Origin: Sphaerodactylus townsendi
Lineage: Eukaryota
Direction of reading: 5' to 3'
Assembly (NCBI RefSeq): GCF_021028975.2
Contig: NC_059427.1
Span: 78,616,001 to 78,680,000, forward strand
Length of the DNA: 64,000 nucleotides
Part shown: piece by piece, positions 26,447-38,100 of the stretch
Layout: each line of letters starts with the position of its first letter
How positions within the stretch are numbered: the stretch's first letter is position 1
Notes under the pieces: generated by a model
Told to the model about the DNA's origin: nothing
Database searches by the model: none
What the model saw: only the letters and a program-made list of their open reading frames with translations
Program-made: the position numbers and the translations under genes

Positions 26447-27235
26447 TACCATCTGCGGCAGGCTAGACAACTGGCCCCCTACCTCTCCCTCTCGGATCTG
26501 GCCACAGTGATCCATGCCACGGTCACCTCTAGGTTGGACTACTGTAACTCGCTCTACGCGGGCTTACCTTTAGCCATGATCCGGAAATTGAAGCTCGTAC
26601 AAAATGCGGCAGCCAGGTTGCTGGCGGGAACATCTATTAGGGACCGGATTACTCCGGTCCTGTACCAACTACACTGGCTGCCGATCGAGTACCGGGTCAT
26701 GTATAAAGTTCTGGTTTTGACCTTTAAAGCTATTCGCGGCCTTGGACCAGCATACCTACGGGACCGTCTCTCCCTATATCACCCTGCTAGGTCCCTCCGC
26801 TCCTCGGAGGCAGACCTCCTGGTGATCCCTGGCCCCAAAGTGATCCGGCTGGCCTCTACAAGGGCCAGGGCTTTTACAGCCCTGGCCCCTACCTGGTGGA
26901 ACAGGCTCCCAAGTGAGGACATACAGAGTGCGGGACATACAGAGTTTCCGCAGGGCCTGTAAAACGGACCTGTTCCGCCAGGCATTTGGCCAGCCGGGAT
27001 AACACCTCACTTCTGTGGAAAAATCTGGCCTCCTGGTGGGGGGGCAGGAAGGGGGAAGGGGAAATAATTTTAATCGCCATCGGGACTTTGAATTTTATAA
27101 TTTGTATATGGTTTTAACTGGGATTGGGGTGAAATGGATTTTAACTGTTATTTGAATGATGGACACCGCCCTGAGCCCTTCGGGGAAGGGCGGTATAGAA
27201 ATTTAATAAAATAAATAAAATAAATAAAAAATAAA
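26447..27235 (+). mobile_element. Young 5'-truncated L2 LINE
   Basis: IHATVTSRLDYCNSLYAGLP...LKLVQNAAARLL...LHWLPIEYRV; CpGs retained; ccgccctgagcccttcggggaagggcgg stem-loop and (TAAAA)n tail. Confidence 0.92.
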
Positions 27236-27240
27236 CCTAA

Positions 27241-27542
27241 GGAGCAGCAGTGGCGTAGGAGGTTAAGAGCTCGTGTATCTAATCTGGAGGAACCGGGTTT
27301 GATCCCCAGCTCTGCCGCTTGAGCTGTGGAGGCTTATCTGGGGAATTCAGATTAGCCTGTACACTCCCACACATGCCAGCTGGGTGACCTTGGGCTAGTC
27401 ACAGCTTCTTGGAGCTCTCTCAGCCCCACCTACCTCACAGGGTGTTTGTTGTGAGGGGGGAAGGGCAAGGAGATTGTAAGCCCCTTTGAGTCTCCTGCAG
27501 GAGAGAAAGGGGGGATATAAATCCAAACTCTTCTCTTCTTCT
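27241..27542 (+). mobile_element. Squam3-like SINE, young full-length copy
   Basis: A-box-like tggcgtaggaggtt, B-box-like ggtttgatccc, CORE-like gggtgaccttgggctagtcac, CTT-rich tail. Confidence 0.9.
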
Positions 27543-27705
27543 AACAGAGAGGGTTTTATCTGAACTATCTGCAACTATGGAGGTAGCATGCAAGGTGGTT
27601 AAAGTGCTGGCCTTGGACTGAAGCCACCTGAGTTTTAGTCTCCATTCAGTTATGAAAAATCCTCTAGGGACAGTAATTGTCTCCCAACCTAAAATGTCTC
27701 ACAAA

Positions 27706-27821
27706 GGCCCCTTCCACGCAAAATAATGCGTTTTCAAACCACTTTCACAACTATTTGCACAGCTTCAAAGAGCATTGAAAGCAGTTTGAAAGTGCATTTT
27801 TCTGCATGTGCGGAATGAGCC
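27706..27821 (-). mobile_element. PIF/Harbinger-like MITE, internally deleted
   Basis: GGCCCCTTCC ... GTGCGGAATGAGCC; same family as 16526 and 32871. Confidence 0.85.
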
Positions 27822-29544
27822 AGAGGGAGGATGGGGTTGTTAGCGCTGGCTTTGCAAATTCCTGGAGATTTGTGGTTCTGCTTGGGAAAGGTAGATTTTT
27901 GAGGAGATGAGGGAACTCAAAGGGGATGTGATGCCATTGAGTTTGCCCTATGAGTTTGCCACTGTTTCCAGTGGCATCGATTTCTGCAGTCAGTTGCAAT
28001 TTGTGGTCCCACCTTGAAGTTGATAACCCTAAGATGCCACTGTAGCTGAACCAGATACCACTGTGAGATAGTAGTAGCATTTGCTCAAATCAAGCATCTT
28101 CTGTATTGTCTGAATGAGAGAGGGAACTGTGGTAAAGGCTCGTTGAGAATGAATCTTTATTTGAGGATCTGCGATGGCTCTTCATAGTTCTGGCTGTAAG
28201 CAGAGTGATGGATTACAACATTTGTACCACTATGAGTTGTGAGAGACAAATATATACATGGTCTACAATGCTGCTGCTAATTTTCTTTGCCTGAGCCACA
28301 TGTATTTAGCACACAATAGTTTTATTTTGAAGTTGTTGCATTTTCCAGTGTGTCTAGTCAGTCAGCGGAAAGTTCTGAAGTACCTGAAAGGAATGTGAGA
28401 AGATTTCGTCAAAGGAAGATGAATACTTTACAATATCCTTCTCTATTATTTGTGCTCTTCTGAGAATGTACAGCTGCATCCGCTTCCTCCTCTTTGTGGC
28501 CACGTCACAATGCAGCATGGGCGTGGGGGCACAGCTGTCAGCCTTCCACTAAAATTAGTACAGTATTTTTCCCCTTTATACACATTTTCCCTTCCAAAAT
28601 ACACCACAATCTGGAGTCTAAATTACTCTAAGAGGTAGCAACATATTTCACACAATTAGGTACAATCACTGTACATGGAAGAAAAAGTGAAAGTTCTAGT
28701 GGAAAAGTTAAACTGCCCTATCTCTGATTAAATCAGCTGGAAAAGGAACCTGGAAAAGTATCTTGAAGGGCAACCCTAAGCAAGCCTGTCCAGGATCCAA
28801 CTGAAGTCTTTTGAGATTGCACTTTTGAATAGCTGAATCAGGACTGAATTTCACTTTCAGATTTTTCTGTCAAAGAAGGCTAACATCAATAACAGCAGCC
28901 CTCAGAAGATGAATCGATATCAACCAATTTCTTCCACAGGAGAAGAGAAGTATAAAGTATCAGAAATACAGCACATCATATTATTTTAACGTTTGCAAAT
29001 GGCCATTGATTCTCCACCAGAAGAAAAACCTTCAACAAATCCATTCACAGCTGTAATTTGAGAACTAAGTATTTGTATAACCAAAAAGATACAAAGGAAG
29101 GGCATTATCCTGAATTGCATTAAGGTTGCAATTTAAATATGGAATCTGTTTATAAAAATAGCAATAATAGCAATAATTAACAACATTCACCTTGACCATT
29201 TTCTGCAACCTTAACATTAACTATAAAAGTCAGAACAGTAATTCCTCGGTAGTGGCTTACGAATGGTATGTGGGTGGAAGACAAAGCAAGCATTTTATAT
29301 GAGCTTCCATGGTTACCATGATTTCGTTTCAGTGCTTTGCTATAGAACAAAAACACCAAAAGCTGAAATGTAATTCTGTGAATTCTTAGGGAACAGAAAA
29401 GACTGTGGATGTAGTGGGTGAAATCAGGGTTTGTCACCATCAGTAATGGAACAAGCATGGGTCAAATCAGAAGAATTAGTGTTGCCCAATGTGTTTAATC
29501 TTGCTATCAGCCAGGATTTGGCATCAGAAAGCAAAGCCATGTTA

Positions 29545-29748
29545 TTTGGGTGCTGTGTGGTTTCCGGGCTGTATGGCCGTGTTCTAGCAGCATTCTCTCC
29601 TGACGTTTCGCCTGCATCTGTGGCTGGCATCTTCAGAGGATCATGATGCAGGCGAAACGTCAGGAGAGAATGCTGCTAGAACACGGCCATACAGCCCGGA
29701 AACCACACAGCACCCAAGTGATTCCGGCCGTGAAAGCCTTCGACAATA
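29545..29748. mobile_element. Penelope-like retroelement terminal fragment with inverted pseudo-LTR
   Basis: 13-bp TSD CAAAGCCATGTTA (29532-29544 and 29749-29761); perfect 73-bp inverted repeat 29546-29618 / 29645-29717; ends gtgaaagccttcgacaata; carries a hammerhead motif typical of Penelope-like elements. Confidence 0.85.
29598..29640 (-). ncRNA. Minimal type I hammerhead ribozyme
   Basis: Minus strand UCCU-CUGAAGA-U-GCC-AGCCACAGAUGCA-GGC-GAAAC-GUC^AGGA: helix I UCCU/AGGA, CUGANGA core, helix II GCC/GGC, GAAA, minimal palindromic ACGU helix III, GUC cleavage triplet. Confidence 0.8.
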
Positions 29749-30092
29749 CAAAGCCATGTTAGTTTTAGTTCTGTCTTTTATTCTGTTTTTTTTATTTTCA
29801 TATACACTACCCTATAATGGCTGTGGAGCAGCCATTTTACATTTAACTAATAATGATTTATTAATATACCCAGCGATAGTTTCAAGTGTATTAAAGCTCA
29901 TTGATCCTCATGAAGATGAATTTGAACATCCTGTGCAGTTATCGGTTTTGTTATCAGCAGATAGCACTAGTTCTGTATGTAATTCTTTTTTGAAGAATGG
30001 TTTCTTTAAGACTGACCAAAGAGAAAGGCTTAAATAGAGGAAGATAGGAATGTGAGCAGTCATGTAAATATGCTGTGAAGCGTACCTAGCTC

Positions 30093-30731
30093 CAGGGATA
30101 TAGGTATAGATTTTTTATGGGGGGGGGGTCGGGGCAGGGCCATGCCCCCACCCACCCTGGGGGCATGGCCATGCCTCCCAAAGCCCCACCCCTGGCCTCA
30201 GTGCTTATAAAAGCAGCTCTCCGAGGCTGGGGATGGCAGGCTCCCCTGCCCTGCTTTCCCCTGCCCCCCCCCCACCAACTGGGCTCCCAGCCAGCAGCCC
30301 CTTCTGCCTTCCCCTCTGGGCAGAGGTGTAGCTAGGGAAAATGGAGCCCAGTGCAAAATGTGAGTTTTGCACGCACCCCCTCCCAGATGGGCAGCCACTG
30401 TGATACTGGAATCCACCACAAACAGCATCACTTTCAATGGTGTTTAAACTAGAGAGCCCAAATTCTACTTTTAAATCAACCTTAAAGGGAGAATCTGGGG
30501 TCCCCAGTTAAAACAACATTGAAAGTGATGCTGTTTTGGGGTGGATTCTCTCCCACCCTGAAACAGCATCACTTTCACTGTTTAAACTGAGGACCTCAGA
30601 TTCTCCCTTTAAATCCATGCCAAAGGGTGGGGGGATTTAAAAGGAAATTCTGGGGAAATTTGGGGGGTGCCTGCTGTCAGGGGTGCAATTGTTAAGCTTA
30701 GCAGCACCAAACTTTCAGAGTATCTTTAGGA
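30093..30731. mobile_element. Truncated copy of the non-autonomous hAT element at 13053
   Basis: Begins CAGGGATATAGGTATAGATTTTTTATGGGG; collinear with 13053-13690; right end missing. Confidence 0.9.
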
Positions 30732-31623
30732 TACATGCAAATGGAAGGAATCCAGATGGAGCACAGAAGAGGGACATAAGAACTTTAGAACAGATGTTTA
30801 AAGGACTTCGATAGGGAAATTTCTGAACTGTAACTAGAGGAGATGTTCTTCATGAGAAAGGGACTACTTTTATGTGAAAACATGCACAAAGAACAGAGCA
30901 AGTAGGGAGTTTATTACTAGGCAGTCAGTCAAAGTCTCTTAGGGCTTATCTGTGCTACAAAAATTGGTTTTATATCACTTTAACTGAAATAGAACTCTTG
31001 GAATAGTAGTTTAGCAAAGGTGCTGAAGATTCTCTGTTACAGATCTCACAGAATGACAGTTTTCAAAATATATGCCTACTAAGCCCGTATCAACACTCCA
31101 TTTCATTTTTTTTCCATTTCACAGTCCCTTCCTGGTCTGAAAGAATCTCTCAGCATTTTCCATCTACCCATATCATGATATTTCATGCTCAGATATTTGG
31201 TTTGTTTTAATTAATGCCCCCTACCCCCAGCCAAACCACTGACTTTGCACAGTTGCATCCAAAGACCTATGTGCCTTTTCATCAGTTTTAGGCAATGAGC
31301 CACAGAGAAAAAAATAGTTTGGGGAAATTATTAGATGATTTCAAAGAACAGTCAGCAGTTCAGGGATCTAGCTGTTTAGGCTTAAATTACCATGGCAGTG
31401 GGGACCTATGATCAGATATTCTGATGTAACCCAATAATCTTCAGTAGGAAGCCCTCAGTTTGGAGTGAAGTTGCAGTGCCAGAAATAGAAGATAAAGATC
31501 TCTCCTCCAACCTCCAAGAGTAATTTCCCTGATCAAATCTGCCCCTGTCTTGGATCTCTCCCCCATCCCTGGTTGGAATTATAAGAGGTACTATTATGCC
31601 TTCTTGGGCGTCACAGTCTCATT

Positions 31624-31752
31624 GGCTGATTCCGCATGGGCCAAAAACAGCAGTGTGAAAACTGTGTGAAAATGGTGTAAAAGGGTTTAAAAAAGTGTAA
31701 AAGGGTTCAAACCATTTTCACATCGCTGTTTTTGGCCCATGCTGAATCAGCC
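31624..31752. mobile_element. PIF/Harbinger-like palindromic MITE, second family
   Basis: TIR GGCTGATTCCGCATGGGCCAAAAACAGC with inverted copy at the right end; TSD ATT/ATT. Confidence 0.9.
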
Positions 31753-31849
31753 ATTCATTATTGCTCTCCTCACAGCTACGTTTTATGAGTAAGTTACATG
31801 TCAGGAATCAGATTATAGATCCCCAGTGACAGATATAATCCAGCCCTGA

Positions 31850-32760
31850 GCTTTGGCTATGAGACAAAACTAGAATCATGTTTAGGAACAGCCAAACAAT
31901 AAGGAATGGTTTAATAATACAGGCAGCAGAAAATGCCAAGAAGAGAGACATTTTTAGCATGAGAAAATCAAAATGAAAATGCTGAAGATCTATCACTAGA
32001 GTTATTGACCTAGTAAAATTCACATGAAATTTATATGGTCTAGCAAAGTAAACCTGGACCAAAGATGAAAAAACAAAGAAGATGGCAGGAATCTCCCCAC
32101 ACATGGAGGTTACACAGAAATAACAAGCAAATGGTGGGTGAGCAAAATGGCAGCTAGGCTCAGTTAGGGACACTTTGGAGGGGAAAGAATCCCTGTGTAA
32201 ACAAAACAATAACAACATGAGATCCTGAATGAAATCCACACAGCTAGGTCCAAGGTTTCTATAGTGAAATTGTTCTGGTATAGAACTATACCCTGTTCCA
32301 AATAAAGACCTAGGACTAGGTAAAATTATAACTTCATCGACCATTTTGGAAGTCAAATTTCTGATAGGGATTATGTTTTTTAAAAGAATTAAGATCAGGG
32401 ATGGCCAAGTAGTATTCTGCAGGCAGGATCTGTCCCTTGAAGACATTTTATCTGGTCTTTAGCAACCATGTTTTATTCATTAAAAATACATTGTTGTCAG
32501 ACAAACTAAAGAGAGGCATCTCCCTCTCTCTCTTTGGATTTCATATGCTTTCATCCAAACCCGACAACCCATTATTCACTGAAGACATGAGCTTTTATTC
32601 CAGATCCAGACTCCAACAAAGAGGATGGTTTAAGCAACAAAATATATTTGTGGCTCCAAGGCTTGAAACAGAATAGCCTCCAAAATGGCTCCGATTAGAA
32701 GTTGACCATCACCAACATGCACTGTGCTTAATTCACTGTTTTACAACATTCTGGCTGCAC
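31850..32760 (-). mobile_element. Possible highly degraded RTE-X-like LINE ORF2 fragment
   Basis: Broken minus-strand segments (LEAILFQAL.., SPRSLFGTGYSS..) loosely resemble the post-RT region of squamate RTE-X elements. Recognition only. Confidence 0.35.
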
Positions 32761-32792
32761 CAGGCACAGGTAGACTAATTGCATCAGTCAGA

Positions 32793-33076
32793 GGCTGATT
32801 CCACACGGGCCAAAAACAGCAATGTGAAAATGGTGTGAAAAGAGTATAAACCCTTTTACACTGTTTTAAAGGCCCCTTCCGCACACGCAAAATAATGCTT
32901 TTTCAAACCACTTTCACAACTGTTTGCAAGAGGATTTTGCCATTCCGCACAGCTTCAAAGAGCACTGAAAGCAGTTTCAAAGTGCATTATTCGGCATTTG
33001 TGGAATGAGCCAAACCCTTTTACACCATTTTCACACTGTTTTCACACTGCTGTTTTTGGCCCATGCGGAATCAGCC
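32793..33076. mobile_element. Harbinger-like MITE (31624 family) containing a nested MITE
   Basis: GGCTGATTCCACACGGGCC ... GGCCCATGCGGAATCAGCC; TSD AGA/AGA. Confidence 0.9.
32871..33011 (-). mobile_element. Harbinger-like MITE (16526 family) nested near the centre of the 32793 MITE
   Basis: GGCCCCTTCCGCACACGC ... GTGGAATGAGCC; TSD AAA/AAA. Confidence 0.9.
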
Positions 33077-34319
33077 AGAGTTAAATTAAATGAAATTGAT
33101 ATTCTCATCTAAATTTCCTGTGTTTCATGTTATAATATTTGTGAATCCTAAAAGCTTTGATGTCTGTTTTCTAGGGGTACTTGTTTTGTTACTAAATGTG
33201 ATGACTTTAAATATTGCTGACTTCATATTAACCCAACAGCCTGTTGGAAAAAGAATGACTTTTTGGGTTTCCATGACACATCTCCAGAAATCCTTTGGGC
33301 AGGAACATATCGATTTATCGTGCTGTTGTATGTGAACAACACTGAGTACTTTTCATGTAAAAAGTCAGGACTTATGCAACAAGACATGTTATTAATTTTG
33401 ATGCCAGCTTGAATGGAGAAGGAATTACTGGTAAGGGGATCTGGGGAGCATGTTAAACCATCCCTGCAGAGTAATGAACATACTTTGTGACTGTCACATT
33501 ATCCTATATTGATCCTCAGGAATGGAAGATGCTGTGACAGCCAGACTGAGCCATCAAAGACTCTTGCAAATAAATAGGATGTGCATCCTGTACATAATCA
33601 TTCCACAGAGAGTACTGTGCAAACATTAGCTTATTAAAACTCCCAAAGAACTTTCACAGTGGGGATTAACCCCATTTCCAAGAGGTGGAGAGAGGCACAA
33701 TGTGATGGATTTGCTGTATATTACTTCAGAAATGACAGCCCAGGCTTGGAATTTACTGTACATTTCACAACAGTTTATATGGCCACATTTATGCTATAAA
33801 CTGCAGAATCTGAAAATCTACTTACTTTACAAAAAGTAAAGCTATTATTTGCAAAAGCAGGACAGCTTCTAGCCATTAGCCCTCCTCCTACAAAAAAAAT
33901 CAAATCCAGAGAATCCCTAATCAGTTTCTGTTAAAAGTTTAGGAAAGAGAAACCAACTTCTCCCAGTACAGTTCCTTCTCCCTCTTTGCATATCCTTATT
34001 TCCTTATCCACAAAAATCTATTATCCAAAATTGTTGCCTTTCATTTCAGTGGCAAATCATTCCCCCTACCCCCACGTTATATGTAATAACAGTTAGTGAT
34101 AAGAGCAGTAGTCTTGGACCAGGAATAACCCACATTCAGATCCCTACATCTATGAACTCCACTTGATAAGCTTCAGCCAGTCACATGTCCCAATCTTGTC
34201 TACCTTATAGGTTTCTTATAAGGGTAAAATAATTGTTACTGTCTTATTGTTATTGTATTATTTTATTGTATAGGCTATTGTATATATGGTATTTTGTTAG
34301 AAGTCTTGAATATTTTAAA

Positions 34320-34583
34320 NNNNNNNNNNNNNNNNNNNNNNNNNNNNNNNNNNNNNNNNNNNNNNNNNNNNNNNNNNNNNNNNNNNNNNNNNNNNNNNNN
34401 NNNNNNNNNNNNNNNNNNNNNNNNNNNNNNNNNNNNNNNNNNNNNNNNNNNNNNNNNNNNNNNNNNNNNNNNNNNNNNNNNNNNNNNNNNNNNNNNNNNN
34501 NNNNNNNNNNNNNNNNNNNNNNNNNNNNNNNNNNNNNNNNNNNNNNNNNNNNNNNNNNNNNNNNNNNNNNNNNNNNNNNNNNN
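34320..34583. other. Assembly gap (264 N)
   Basis: Run of N. Confidence 1.
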
Positions 34584-34662
34584 TGAATACACCAATCCAT
34601 ATATTCAAGATCAGTGGCCTGATGGAAGAAGCTGAAAGGTTTTCACTCTATCCCCTCAGTCT

Positions 34663-35184
34663 GGCTGTTTCTGCACGGCGTCGACGGGGGTTGGGTCGGC
34701 ATAGTCCACGCCGACCCAACCCCCCTGGGACCATCCGCATGAATAGTCCCAGAAACAGCCGGGACGACGGCGCCGCGGAGCACCATTGCCTGGCCGACCC
34801 AGCGTGTCCCTGGCCGTCCGGCACGTCGGCGAGGCCTGGAGACACACCCCCCAGCCCTGCGCAACTGCTCCAGCGTCGCAGGGCAGGGGGGCGTGTCCCC
34901 AGGCCTTGGCGACGTGCCGGACGGCCAGGGACAAGGTAAGTGAAGGGCCGAAGGGGGGGAGGGCACCTTGGAGCTGCTGCCGTTCGCACAGCAGCGGCTC
35001 CAAGCCGCCATTTTCCAAAAACCTCGCTCCCCAAGCGAGGTCGGAAAACGACGGCCTCACGCCAGTCAGGCGGAGCAAGGGCGGCGCGGCTGCGAAGCAG
35101 CTGTGCCCCCTGTGCGAATGGCTCCTTGGGGATGGCATTTTTGCCGTCCCCAGGCCGCCATAATCCGCCCGTGCAGAAAGGGCC
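34663..35184. mobile_element. GC/CpG-rich Harbinger-like MITE, third family
   Basis: GGCTGTTTCTGCACGG ... CCGTGCAGAAAGGGCC; TSD TCT/TCT; internal hairpin at about 34806-34932; homologous to 63551. Confidence 0.9.
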
Positions 35185-38100
35185 TCTGCCATAGTTTCCT
35201 GACCCATGTAGCTATTACTCCACAACTTTTCTGGTGCTGAAAATGGAAAATGGGTGAAGAGCCACATGTGTCATCATCTACTATTGACAGATTGCTGGAA
35301 CCACTTCCCTGAGTTACTTGAACAGAGGGTGCGTATGAATGATGGAACTTATGGGGGATCAGTTAAAACCAATAGTTTCCAAATTGCTTTAGATCTCTAC
35401 ACCCTTTTACTTGCCTCTCTAAATTACCTTTTCTTTTCTCTTTCATTCCTTGCCTTGCCTTTTAGTTCATATATTTATTTAAAAATACTTTTACCTCTTT
35501 CCACTGTATGACAAGTGTAGCCAACCTAAGACCTGTAGCAGTGCAGAAAATTTTTTTGGAATAAAATTTGATATGAAAATATGTAATTTTGTATTACTTC
35601 TTTTATTGTAGTGTGGAGTTCTAATTTTGTATTTCCATATTTATCAAGCATGCTTGTTGGATTTTATTGATATGTGAGCTGGTAGTGTAAACCAAGAACT
35701 CCTAGGAATCCTAATGCCATACAGTGCCATGTAATATATGCCAAAATTGTACCAAGAATCCACATTCTCTTTCCTGTAAATCCAGAGCCTAAAAACAAGA
35801 GAAAGATTCAATTTTTAAGCCTGTGAGTTTCTGCAACGAAATTAAAAGAAAATTAAAATTAAAAAGTGCTATCTCAAGGTGAGGCAACTAGCTGTCCTTT
35901 AAGAAGTATGTAATATAACTTGTGGGCTTATTTCTCTGGTCATGAGATTCTGGCCATATAAGAATGACCAAGGTTCATGAGAAGTTAGTAAATATCTCAG
36001 AATACTTAAATGGATTTCCAAAATAACACCTAGACCATCATATCTGGCAACATAGCTTCATCCCTGATTTCATCATCAAGATAGACCATTTTCATACCAA
36101 AAATAACTTTGCTTCAGAGCATCCCTCTGTGAGTGCTAAAAACAGCACCTCTCCAATGGACAAGAAACAGGGGCTAAATGCCCCATCTTTCAGGCAGGTC
36201 TTCAAATTATGCTCCTCTTTCTGACTCTCCCACACTTTGTCCAACTCTATGTCATGTTTTTTTCTGTCCTCTGTGCTTCTCTTGGCTGCCACCAGCTCCC
36301 ATGTCCACTCTCTACCCGAAGTCTGTCACAACCACCTTGTGCAGTGTCCTGGAGACGTTGTCAAACATGCTGAAGATATTTATACTGTGTGCAACTTTCA
36401 GCAACAAATCCAAAGTCATAGTCTCTCATTTGTTCATCCCAAGAAGTGTACTTTTTAAAAATAAAACTAGTGTGACTTTTCTTAAGTATCGGTGAATTCT
36501 TAATGGGGATAGCAGGGGCAAGCTTGATGGATTTCATCTTGCTATATTTCAAGTGCTTTTTTCCCCAGTAGAGACTCACCTTTGGCCCTTCCCTGCAGTT
36601 CCCTTGGATGCTCCCATTCATGCATTAAATTGATGATTAATTCCTTCTGTTGGCACTTAACTCATTTAAGCTACTTATGCTGTATCTTCTGATTTTCCCT
36701 TTGTATTGGTGACAAGGATTCACTGGATAGTTTTAAGAGCTCATGTTGGTTTGGGTGGGGATAAAGCCTTCTTGTGATGCAAAGACTGAGATGACCAAGC
36801 TTGGCATTCTATCCTGCTACCAAATCTGTTCTACTAAGAATGGATTGGTTTACCCTGACATTTTTTCTCTTTCTTCTCCCCCTCCAGAAGAATGAAATTT
36901 AAGACAAGAATTATCTCCTGATCCTGAAATATCATCAACATCAAGGGTATGATTGCCTATCCACCTGCCTGCCTACCTGTCTGTCTATTCATACATTCTT
37001 GAGGCGCATTAAAGTGTACCACAATCATGGTATCACAAGCATTTGAGAGCTAGAACCCTTTTAGTCAGATGGAGAAATAACTGAATTTGCCTCTAAAGAC
37101 TATACAGAGGAATAGAAGCTACTCATGCCTGGGGTTCCTTGTGTGGGAAGCAGTCACAATCCAGCACTTGGTTTTGGTGAATTAGCTTATTGGTTTTAAT
37201 GGTTTTAAGCATGCCTAATATTGTTTTGCATTGTGATCAAGACCAAGAGGAGAGGTTCAGCATTTTTCAAACTGATAATAACTAGAGCAATTTAGGTGAT
37301 CAAATGGCTGTGTTAGATTACTAGTAGCCTTGATTTCCTTCATTGAGAAGAAACTGTTTCTTTTGTTGGGCATTTTGGAGATAAACTAATCAATTTTGCA
37401 GATTAATATTTACTTTTGTCAAAGTTCTACCATGTAAATATTCATAAACATACAAAGAACAATGTCCTTTAATTTTTTGAACAAACTCAGCTTTTTATTT
37501 ATAACAAAAAACCTCCCTGAAAACTGTCAATGCAAAGTTTGTTATTAATCCCACAAAGGGGGGGGCAGTGCCTATAATTTGGGATGTAATGTGTCTGCAC
37601 TCTTCAAAATAAAAAAAATGCTGTTGTTTAATAATATTAAAATTAAAGAGTGTTGAGGTGAATTATGGGAAAATTTTATTCTTGCAATTAATGAAAATAC
37701 CACCATATAGTTGAAGTCATAGCAAAAGGTACCAAAACTTTCATAATTCACAGATATGAGGAATCAGTGACCACTTCTAATGTATTTTTCAATATGAAAG
37801 AATGGCTGTGTAAAGGGCAGGTGATTTGCAGGACAAACAGGAGTGCAATCTTTTCTCCATAACATTTTCATGATTGAAATATTTCCTTACAGGTGCTAGG
37901 GAAACACTGCTGGCTGCCACAAGCCAGTAATGAACATGAAGGAAGGTGTCTGTGGTATACTTTTCTTTCCACCTGCCATGTGTCAAAAGCAACAGAAGAC
38001 CAGTTGTTTTGAGGAAGGATTGTGATTAAAAAGAATTCTGAGAAGCTTACTGGATGTTCTGTAAAAAAGTGTTGTGGTGTTGAATTCCTGCTTCTCCTAC

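Noticed and set aside
27241-27320. tRNA gene
   Set aside because: The A/B-box-like head belongs to a multi-copy SINE; no intact cloverleaf.
29645-29666. Second hammerhead on the plus strand
   Set aside because: Has GAAAC-GUC-AGGA but is truncated before the CUGANGA core.
31808-32446. 212-aa minus-strand ORF as a novel gene
   Set aside because: No recognisable domain or splice structure; low-complexity hydrophobic composition; more likely LINE decay.
34233-34635. ORFs spanning N runs (also 59065-59412)
   Set aside because: Artefacts of assembly gaps.
34622-35267. Multiple long overlapping ORFs, also at 41120-42057, 59278-59859 and 63535-63973
   Set aside because: They are by-products of GC-rich MITEs with few stop codons, bounded by TIRs and, in most cases, TSDs.
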